64,000 nt of DNA from Eledone cirrhosa. Lineage: Eukaryota. A program made the position numbers and the translations under genes. The stretch spans positions 114,390,001 through 114,454,000 of the forward strand of contig OZ024742.1 of assembly GCA_964016885.1 (NCBI GenBank), read 5' to 3'. Positions 53,301-64,000 of the stretch are shown here, in pieces. The notes below the pieces were generated by a model. The model searched no databases. It saw nothing but the letters and a program-made list of their open reading frames with translations, and had not been told where the DNA came from. How positions within the stretch are numbered: position 1 is the stretch's first letter; each line of letters begins with the position of its first letter.

Positions 53301-53830
53301 TGTTACTGTCAATATAGCCTCAGTTTTCGGGATGTTTCTTTTTGCAGTTGATATATGTTTGTTCTGTATTCGATGTATTTGACGGTTAGTACATGGCTGT
53401 GTAGAAAGCCACAAGGACTTCTTTATTGCCTTCCCTTGACCATTTTTCTCTCTTTTTCTTTGGATTTCTTGGCGGTGAGCATGGAGGGCAAACAGTAAGA
53501 GTATTCCGATTATGGGAGGTCTCCAGCTTCGAATTGATGGGAAGGTTTGAACCATTAGCTGATTTTTCGACCCCAGTCTGGTTCCTCTCTGAGGGACGCG
53601 GCCCTTTTTGCCCGGGTGACGGCCGATCCGTTATGAGATTTTATCATTTGACATTGGCTTTATTTTGTTGCGTTTTATCCTGAACCGCCATTGGGGTAAT
53701 CATTTCGTGTTACCACTCCTAAGGCCAGTGTCAACCAAGACTAGAGGGGTCGTCCTATCCTAGAGACACGGCTATTCCCCACCGGCCGCCATTGCGGTAT
53801 TTCTTGGTCACAGGGTTTTCTTTTTTTTCT
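50311..53830 (-). mobile_element. Dong/R4-clade element B, RT core deleted
   Basis: NPKNYRPITCL..IAWI jumps directly to IRELDQKETYKYL (deletion at ~51840-51870); HHPKSDTDRIY; LKSETEG; RHD; RLE motifs; 3' end in (TAA)n. Confidence 0.92.
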
Positions 53831-54399
53831 TTTTTAAATTGGGATTATCATGGGTGATTCCTTTGTCTAGTATTAGCGCCACCTTCCCCTTTCTTAAGTT
53901 AACAGAAAGTAGTGGGGGAATAGTGCTGGTTGTAATGATGGAGTGGTGGCGGCGGTGATGGGATATTGGTAGCAATGATGGGGTGGTGGCGGCGGTGACT
54001 GTAGTGATGGCGTTGTCACCGCTGAGTTCTCTTGAGTAGACTGTAGCAAGTAAGCGTTTGTTTTATCTGTATATCTATGCGGTTTGTCGCCTATGTTTAC
54101 CGTAATATATATGTTGACATATTTCCTTAATATTTGAGTGAAACATTTTGAGGAAACTTGAGATACAATAATAGTAATTATTATTATTATGCTGGGATTG
54201 GTGGTGGTGGTGGTGAAATTGCCGTTATATGGCTGCTGTATTTAGTGTACACAGAGGGGAGGTGGGATAGGTGGTCTATCTAGGTTGTGATGGAGGTGAA
54301 ATTGCTGTTATTTGGCTCTGCTATTTAGTGTAGATAGAGGAGGTTTTCTTGCATGGATAACCATTTTCTTTTTTTAATATAAAATTGATAATGCAAAAT

Positions 54400-57300
54400 T
54401 GAATATGTGAGCCATATAACAGCAACAACACCAACAAGAACAACGACAACAACAACAACAACAACACCAAATACACCAAGAAGAACACTTTCGCTGCGGC
54501 AGCAGCCAAAAAGAGGCCATGCTTCAGCATGGACCTCTCGAACAAAGAGGAAAAGTTGGCCCAGGCCCGAAACTCTTCAAGCAAGAGAAAAACTTGGCCA
54601 ACTTAACTGTACCAGTAGAAGCTATTGAAGCAATGGAGTGCAGAACGGTGCATTACAAATGCATCTCAGCAGCAACCAAGAGGGCAGCTTTAATTCCAAA
54701 AGCAGATTCCGAAGTGGCGCTGTAGTGCATCAGGGATGACACCGGATACATAGCGAGGGTCAGACAATACGGCACCATTTCGATGGTGTTTAAGTCAGAA
54801 GCCCTCGCTATGAAACTTGCTATGACACCTTGCAAAACCAGCAAGGTCATAATGTACACCTCCCAAATGGGAGAAATAACTGTCCGTCTCCGCATTCCCC
54901 GAATCCCACCAGGACTTGACATGTCGTGGTTTCTGAGATGTTTGATTGTGGAGGGGACGGATACCGCCTCGATAGAAATAACAAGAAATGCCAGAGAGGT
55001 CTCGTCCAGGATTGACCTGGAGATACATATTCAGATTAGGCCGGAGAATGTCAAAACAATCCCGGAACGCATCCTTCTTCAGAACGGGACGGAAGTACAC
55101 ATTATGATTGAGGGCAAAAGGACGCATTGTTTCGTTTGTGGGGAAAAATCCATTTGCGTCCCTTCTACTCTCAACTGCTGAAAGATGCAAGGGGCCGAGG
55201 GGCTCAACTGCTGCCGACGCCGGGCGAGGACCACAACCAACACCAGCAACAACACCAATAAAAACACAAGCACCAATATTGACCACCCAGGTGGGAAACG
55301 AGGAAAGTTGTCAAATTCCCCATCCCCCCAAAATACACACATCAATAAAAACATAAACGCACATACAGACACACTCACATACCCCCCCCCCCCTTTGTTC
55401 TACCAGTAGTGAAGATGAGGGAAAACAAAAATCCACAAAAGTACTAAAAAGGAAACACAAAAAAAAAAATCAATAAAGCACACAAAACACCCATAACTAA
55501 AAATGCAAACACCGCCCACGCAAACATCACCCCAACAACAGCTACATCAACACCACCACCACCATAATCACCAGAATCCTACAAACGCAAACAACGTAAA
55601 CAGACGCAAGAACAAATACACACACAAACATCTGAAACCACAGACACCGCACTCACAACAAACACAGACACACCGAAACAACACCATCAAAACCATCACC
55701 ACCACAGCCTACGCAAACAAATAAAATCACACCAACAAGACTACGTGCTCGTCAGGTGGGCCAAAAAGGGACTGACGTCCATCGTAGCACGAAGTGAAGA
55801 AATACAAAAAGAGCACATTTCGTGTGCCGGAAGATTTTAGTTTCTGGTGCGAACATGGCTCGATTTATACGAAGAGATACGAAACAGCTTTCCTCGGCAG
55901 GGAACTCCGAACGTAAAACCCACTTCAAGACTTTTAAGGGGTTCCCAAAAGAAACCCCACTAACTGTGGAGTTCGAAACACCCGACCTTCACAAGAGCCC
56001 AGAAGGTAAGTAAACCTTACCTCTCTCATTTGTGCTGCCAACATGGCCGTATTAAGAGTAGAAAGTTTAAATGTTCGAGGTCATGGATCGTCCTGGAAGC
56101 AGGGTCACCTCCTCAACGACTTCAGGTCTCTAGAAATGGAAATAATTGCCGTCAGCAAGACCAGGATTTCCGACACGCGCGCACTAGCCCCCATTTTCGA
56201 CGACTATCAGATCTTCACATCTGTTAACAACTACGCAACTAGTGGGACAGGACGGCTGCACTCCTTTAGACGCCAGGAAGCCTTTCTGGGTACGTCTTGC
56301 GCTTTACTGTTATCGAGGCACTGGAACGGTAGCTTAGACACACGCTGGGACTGTGTGGGATCATCCGATAGGAGCGGGGGGTGCAAAAGCCCCAAGTAAC
56401 TGATCAGCCAGTTCCAACTGTCTGACAGCTACTGACTAGATTTCCCTAATGCGCCAGTGTGGACCTGGGACAACCGCATAGGGTCATCTAGATCGTATAT
56501 AAACAGGATATACATTAGGAAAATAAACAGAAATAGTGTAAGCTGTCCACGTTTTAAAAACGGTCGCCTATTCAGATTACAAGTTAGTTAAGAAAAAGTT
56601 GACAGGGGGAGTCGTCAACAATAGATGATGGTGGGGCGGGGTGACTCTCAAAAGAGAGACTAGAGTAATGTCGATAGAGTTTAGCAAAGAAGTAGCGTTA
56701 GAGAAAATTAGAAAGGAGGGGGAGTTGGTAGATAAGTTAGACGAGGCTATTTGTACTGGCATTGCAACTGAGGTGCTAGCGGCGAGAATGGCATTAAATA
56801 ATCTCTTCAATGCGAAACACGAAGGTTGCATTGTCAGAGCTAAGGCGCGTGCTCTGAGAAACGAGGGAACCAAAGCTGTTCGATGGCCCCGCGTGGCAGA
56901 GGCGCAGCCTTGTCATACAACGACGATTCGGTCTTTGACGGACCGAGAGGGACACGAGGTGAACGATTCCAAGCGTATGTGTGAGGCCTTTCGCCAACAT
57001 ATTGCTCGGTTGTTCGAGGGAAGTAGCGGGTCTGAGACGGTAGCGGATCAGTCCCTACCTCGAATGGCTTGCCCCAACTCTCGATGGCCGACGCTGAGCA
57101 ATGGGAAAGGCCGATTACTTCAGGCGAGAATCAGAATGCCCTTGTCGGCTGCATGAGGCGCGGTTTGGATGGTCTTTACGTACATATGGCAGACTTTTTC
57201 TCCGAACTCCTCGAAACAGTGGAACGGGAGTATTCCAAGTTCTGTGAGCCGGGCGTAGTGATGCTGATGAGGAAAGACGAGAACAAGAGGAACACGTTAG

Positions 57301-58932
57301 ACAGTTTAAGGCCCATAACTCTGCTCAACATAGTGTTTAAGATTTTGGCAAAGGTGATAGCGAAGAGGTGGGGGCTTGTCGTCGAGTATTTTGTTGGGGA
57401 GGCGCAAACAAGTGCAATCCCAAACAGGACCAAACACGACAAACTCCACCTGATGCGATACATCATAGAGAGGGTAGGGTGTAAACCTGGCTTCGGTGGG
57501 TCTCTGATCAATTTAGATCAATCGAAAGCAATCGATAGGGTCGATCATCCGTACGTGGAGGCTGTCCATGCTGTTCAACAGCGTCGTTGGGCGCTGCACG
57601 GACGGCCTGGAAAGTTGTCGGTGTTTGGTTCGGGTCAGATCTCCAGGTGGATAATAATTGGGATAAAGTGACGGGCAGAGTAGCCAGTCTCACCCGGAAG
57701 CAGGGTAGCGAGTCTCACGAGGAATCTATCACTGAAAGGTCGAGCCGAGGTGGGTACGCGTACATCGCGTCCGCCATCTACTACAATCTGACCCTCGTCC
57801 CTTGCCCCAGTTCCCGTCTCACAAAATTGGAACGGCTCCTCTTCAAATTCTTGTGGAGGTGTCAAGTTCTGTTGGTGAGGCGGTCCATCTGCTGCCAGCA
57901 CCATCTACGTCGAGGGCTGGGTATGCCGTGGCTAATAATGCGCAGACACGGCCTGACGCTGCGGCATCTCCAGATATTCTGCCTAAAAGGTGAACAGGTG
58001 AGGTCGCCGTTTGTCAGACGGATCTTTCCGCAGCTCGATTCTTTGACTGAGTAGCAGTCGTGGGTCAAGAGGAGACCGAGACTGGGTGACTGGCATCTGG
58101 AATGTTTCCAGGCACCCAGGCGGGCAATGCGGTCAAAACGCGCAATGCGGGCAAGGCTGGCAATGCGTTATGAGGAACTTACACTCTCGAGTTCAATAGA
58201 GGATTAGTGGTGGGGAAGTGCGACGACGCACTTGGAGGACTTTCGAGCCTGCGCCGATTGATAATTTCCAAAAGTCTCTCGATTGGCAGTTCTAATGGGG
58301 AGCGCTACCGGTTCGAGATAATCTCTACAGACACGGAAGTTCTGTCAGACGGACCTGCCCCAGCTGCGCACAGAGCGATGAAACCGTTCTGCACGCACTC
58401 GTCCTGTGTCCGTGCATTATTGACTTGTGGAGTTATGTCGAACAGCTATTGTTGCGTGTAGAATGGATCCTGCTATCGCCGATTCCATAGTGAAAATCGA
58501 CCCACCGCCTTCTTTTGGCCGGGAAGGGCAGGGAATTTTGCTCTGTCTGGTGGACGTAGCGAAAGAGGTTGTATGATGGACTAGGTTGAACGGACTGAAA
58601 ACATACACTTTTCTCTTTGGCCGATCCCACATCAACTTCTTCAAGTTTCACTTGGAAAGGAAGGTAAGGGTGGAGAGAGATGTGCTGCGCCGCAGTACAT
58701 TTGCTGAAAGGTGGATGAATTTGGCGAGAATGGCCCGAGTGAGTGGGCCTACGCTGATCATACACCTGTAGGTGAGTGAATTTGAGAAGAAGAGGGTGCC
58801 ATTCCCGGGTGCTCTCGAAGCGTCGGGTCGTTCAGGTTTGGTGGGGTACCTGAGTGAACCCTTGTAAACACACACTGTCCTAGTCTTTTGTATTGTCCCC
58901 TATATGTCGGCCCTTGTGGCCAATAAATGAAA
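54400..58932 (+). mobile_element. Tx1/L1-clade LINE, near full length (ORF1 with zinc knuckle + ORF2), degenerate
   Basis: ORF1 54783-55181 with EG..HCFVCGEK. ORF2 start MAVLRVESLNVRG at 56043; LRPITLLN, LDQSKAIDRV. Same 3' end CCCTTGTGG..AATAAA. 5' boundary approximate. Confidence 0.9.
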
Positions 58933-58949
58933 TCATCATTATTATTGTT

Positions 58950-61900
58950 ATTGTTCTTTGAGTCTCAGACATTGATGTTATTTAACTGGAAAGTTTGTTG
59001 AAATGAATATTAAGCCGCCACCTGGTGCCTCAGATATTCAGGACGAATAGGAGGGTTCTTGCTGTTCCCGGCAAGCATGTCTTTTGAAGTGTTCCAAAAA
59101 GCGTTGCTGGACTAATCTTCTTTAACCATCCTTGGAAACTCTTTGAGATAGTACCTATTGCGCATATGACAATCGGGACGACCTTGATTTCATGGCATTT
59201 CCAAATCCTTTTTACCTCCCACTTTAAGTCCTGGTATCGGTTAATTTTCTCCCTCTCCTTTTCTTGCAGTGTCGTGATAAATGGACAGGATACATCTACA
59301 GTCAGGCACGATAATTTTTCCTTGTCCAAAACCACCAGGTCAGGCCTATTGTGTTCTAATTTATTATCCGTCTGTATCCTAAAATCCCATAGCACCGTCA
59401 CCTGATCGTTTTCTATCCCGACTCTGGTTTATGCTCATAGCACTTCTCAGAATGTAGTAAATTGTTTACTTTGCATAGGTGCCAGTGGATCACCCTGCCT
59501 ATCACATCATATCTCCAGCCTTTATAGTGTATCTGGGCCAGGATACAATGTGAGCCTCAGTCTCCTCTCTCTCTCCACCTATCCTACATAGTCAGCTAGC
59601 CTCCTCCTTGTAAATATGGTGTTTCATCCACTTCGTTCTGAAGGCCAGCTCTTGCGCAGCGATTAGCATTCCTTCTGTAGCTTTTTTAAGGTCTCCTCTT
59701 GTTAACAAGTTACATGTCTGTAGATCTCTAAATTCCGTTTTCTTAAAGAAGGTACTATGAAGGGATTTTTCATGAATGTTGCTCTTCCTCCTTGTTATTA
59801 TTTACTCCTTGGACATCCCCTGGTCTATTGTTTTCTGCTTCAGTACATTGGCTCTCTATTGTCACTCACGTATTTGTGCAGGTTGTTTTTCTCCATCTGA
59901 ACAGTGTCCTCTATGCTGATAAGACCTCTTCCACTTTCAGATCTCTTTAAGTAGAGTCTATCGACATCACTCCTCTTGTGGAACATGTTGTAGACAGTCA
60001 ATAGCTTCCTAGTCTTCCTATCCATTTCTTTTTGTTCAGCAACATTCCTTTTCAGAATTCCCGCACTGTACCTAATTATAGACACGACTCGGGAATTCAC
60101 TGCACTTATGACATTTCTACTATTTAGATGTTATTTTAATACGCTCTTTACTCTCCTTATGTACTCTGATCTTATGAATTCCTTCATTTTTTTGTTCTTG
60201 ATGTCATCTGCCACAGAACACCTAAATATTTGTATCCCTCCGCAGAGTCAATTTCTTTTATCAGCTCACCTGTTGGTACCTGGATTCAGTTGCTTCTGCT
60301 CAATTTACCCCTCTTCATCACAAGGACTCCAGACTTACTAATACCAAATTGCATACATATATCATTCCTGAAAATACGGACAGTGTCAACGAGTACAACC
60401 AACTCCTTCTCACTCTTCCCAAAGCGTTTAAGGTCGTCCATGAAGATGAGGTGGTTGATGGTAAGCTCTACTTTTTCCAACTTGTATCTTGCTCTCACTT
60501 TTCGCAATATAACGGTCAGGGGTATCAGGGCAAGGACAAACAACAGAGGGGATAAACTATCTCCCTGGAAGATAACTCTCTTGATGTTCACGCCTCTCAA
60601 GTATTCTCCACCCGATGTAATCTCTGTTTCCTAGGACTTCATACTTTTGCCCAACAACTATCTGATGTAATCTGCAACCTTGAAGATCTCTAGGCTTTTG
60701 GTTATCCAAGAATGAGGTACCATGTCAAATGCCTTTTTGTAGTCTATCCATCCCATGGCAAGAACAGTGTGCCTCCTCTTGCAATTCCTCATTATCATAT
60801 TATCAATAAGTAACTGGTCTTTTGTACCACGGGACTTCTGTCAGCATCCTTTCTGTTCGTCCGATAGCAAGTTATTTATCTGGAGGTGATGGTAGATTTC
60901 CTCTGACACAATGCTTGTTAAAAGTTTCCACATTACGGACAGACATGTGATGGGCCTATAGTTGGTAACATCATTACCCTTGATTCGGTCTTTCATTACC
61001 AGAACTGTGGTACCTTTTGTCAACCACTCTGGTACTTCACCCGACATCAAGCAGTCATTGAACATGGTTGTCAGTTTCGGGTGGAAGGATGTTATGTTTT
61101 TAATCCAATACCCTTGCACAACATATAGGCATGTGATTTCCAGTTGGTTAGTTTTTTACCTGACCTTTACGAGTTTCAACTGTGATACTCAAATCAGGTT
61201 GTTGGTGTGCCTATTCACTAATCTCATTTTGAACTGTCTCAATCCACACCGCCTGATTATTATGTTCAACATCCTACTGCCATATTCCTCTCCAGAATGT
61301 TTTAGTCTGGTCCGCCTCAGGGATCACGTCGTTGCCTCTTTCTTTCCCTTCAATCTATCCAAACAACATCTGGTTGTTGTCAAACATGCGGTTTTGTCTA
61401 TACTGACTGGCTCTGTTCTCATACCTCCTAATCTTTGCACATTTTGCTACAATGCGTTGCTTCAGTTCCTCTCTGATAATATTTAGCTTTTTCCCCCTAG
61501 TTTTGTATTTTATTTCCAACCTATCATTAGTGTCTATGCTTTGTAATGTCCCATTCAGTAAGGACTCAAGCTTTCCAATGTCTTTTCTCATTTCCTTGAT
61601 TTGATAATTCAGTCGTTTCTTCCACCAAGTTTCTGATATTTCTTGTTTGTTGTTTCCTCTCGTTTTTATGCCAAGTAATTTCCTCACCGCATTTGCTGTG
61701 GCTTTGGGGATATTGTTGGATTGGTGAAGGTTCCTCGCCTCAGGGTATGGGCTGACTTTGTTTATCTTAGCTGTTGTTTTTATTTTACTTTTTTCTGTTT
61801 ACAAATCTCAGGTTCATAGGTTTCCCACTATCATTGTTCATTTCATCTACAACTAAGTTCAGGATATCAACCAAATCTTGTCCTAGCCCGTCAGCATTCA

Positions 61901-62500
61901 TTTCCTCAATGGCCGTGTCTTTGTCCCAGATGTTATTTATTTCAGCATTCAGAGATCATTGTCTGCTTCGGATTCTTCCACCGTTCTCTCAACCACCTCA
62001 CCCTCATTTCCCACTGGCTCGTTTACCTGACATACTCCACTCTCCATTTCCAAATTAATCTCTCTGCTCAGTTCCTACAGTTCCAACTGGCTTATCCATC
62101 CATTAGTTATTATTACCCGAGCCTACCCGGCTAATTTTTGCTAATCTAATTCAAATAGACCAATCTCGTTCCAGATGTTATGCATCCGTTTCCTATAGCC
62201 TTTTTAGGTAACGTTTCATGACAGTGCTATTCAATTCTTTCGTCCAGTTGGTTCTAGTCACTTTCCTTCTTCCTCCAACACCAGCATTATTTGGATAACA
62301 GCCATGTCTCTGCTGCTGGGCCCGGGAGCACCTGCTGGGTGAGAGTCTTTCACATGACGTTCCAGTCTCCTCTTCACCGTTATTCGAACTGTTTAGGTTC
62401 AACATTTAAACACTGATGACGAGGATTCGTGAATGTATGGTTACATACCACCGGTGATTTGATCACGCCTGGTGATTTTAACGTGGCAACATCACGCTGT
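58950..62500 (-). mobile_element. Dong/R4-clade element C, near full length, degenerate
   Basis: [72 protein letters not shown]; 3' end in an ATT-like tract. Confidence 0.92.
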
Positions 62501-62806
62501 AGACGGACATAAATAAATAAACAAATACATAAATAAAAACATAAAGAAATAAACATAAGTTTCATTGTATTGTTTGAATTTCTGACTTAGTTTTTGTTGT
62601 GTTTCAAGGCCAGTAACATCGGTTACTAGTGACATTGTTGCTGCTGCTGCTGTTTTTTATCGTAGCTTCGCTAAGCTCGTAGTCCCGGCCACGAGGGAGG
62701 TAGGGGGTGTTGCGTTCAAAACTTTTGAAATTTGTTTTTCTTTTGCTGTTGCGTTTGGTTTTGTCTGAGTTCTGTTCGGTAATTTTTCGATTTGTTGCTT
62801 ATCATT

Positions 62807-62990
62807 TGGATTGGCAGTATCGGTAGAGGGTCGGACGCCATGCTTTCCAGAAAAGTGTTACGGGCATTTATGGTCTGACTTCAAATCCCGCCGAGGTAAA
62901 CTTTGCCTTTCATCCTTACATGTTCGATAAAATAAAGTATCAGTAATACACTGTGTAATTGCTGGCCTTGTGCCAAAAGTACAAACAATT
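62807..62990 (+). mobile_element. tRNA-derived SINE, full length
   Basis: A-box TGGCAGTATCGG (62812-62823), B-box-like GACTTCAAATCC; homologous to 25495-25670. Confidence 0.8.
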
Positions 62991-63017
62991 ATATATGTAT
63001 ATATATAATTATATGTA

Positions 63018-63055
<38 letters not shown>

Positions 63056-63072
63056 TACATATAATTATATGT

Positions 63073-63187
<115 letters not shown>

Positions 63188-63409
63188 ACATATATATATA
63201 AAATGTAAAATAAAAGAAAAGTCAGTGATGCATCTAGACTCACTTTACGTGTTACAATTGTGTCGTCGGCAGATAGCTCGAGACAGGATCATTGTATGGA
63301 TCTGTCTGGTTGTATAACTGTGGGTTCTTCGGACACATGCAATGCTTTCGGAGCAAATTTTCTCACATATATTTTCTCATATATATATGTATATATATAT
63401 ATATGTATA

Positions 63410-63540
<131 letters not shown>

Positions 63541-64000
63541 GTATATATATGAATGAAAACTAGAGAAATTAATGTAAGCAAAATGCCAACAATAATTCAG
63601 GCATAAAAGTGACTATACCATCAAGATGAAAAAAATATTTAATGTAAGATATGGGAAAAGTAATACAATCTTATTTTTTAAAAATCAAGAAGAGAAACTT
63701 TATCCTCAAACTTTGTGTAAGTTGGGGGACAAAGCAGTATAATCTTAACTCAAAATAAAATCAAGGAGAAATACTTAACCGTCAATTTAGAGAAAACTAC
63801 AAATGCACTATATAGCCTTAAAAGACTATTTCACGAGATTTTCAGTGGGGTTATTTACGTTTGGAGTCGATCTTCAGTAGTGTTCAATACATTAACTAGA
63901 TCGTACTTCTAAAATACATATATATATATATATATATATATAAATATAAAACCTCGATCACCTTGACCGACCAGTCTGACGGGCACCAATCGGCGCCGCT

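Noticed and set aside
62412-62455. CTGATGA-CGA..TCG-TGAAT hammerhead-like motif
   Set aside because: Lacks a correctly placed GAAA and stem I, and is antisense to the Dong element.

Overview
AT-rich, (TA)n-saturated eukaryotic genomic DNA. The SINE families and repeat landscape suggest a coleoid cephalopod such as Octopus (inference). No intact host gene is visible. Most of the window is decayed mobile DNA: a complete-ended Helitron (8295-13374), a CRE-like LINE, RTE fragments, two Penelope-like elements, three Dong/R4 and three Tx1-like LINE pieces at (TAA)n tracts, tRNA-derived SINEs and a MITE. Many Penelope-type terminal repeats carry hammerhead ribozyme (HHR) motifs. Manual translation of the apparently unique DNA between the transposons reveals four mutually divergent, intron-poor MCM-helicase-like pseudogenes (~5.6-8.1 kb +, ~16.3-19.1 kb -, ~26.6-33.1 kb -, ~35.9-46.1 kb +) with motifs in the correct order. 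Other highlights: a young non-coding repeat with a U3-A8 variant hammerhead supported by covariation, one copy of which has a 16-nt A-rich insertion exactly at the cleavage site, and a multi-pseudoknot RNA candidate at the 5' end of a Dong element. All protein and RNA assignments were made by eye and need HMM/CM confirmation.
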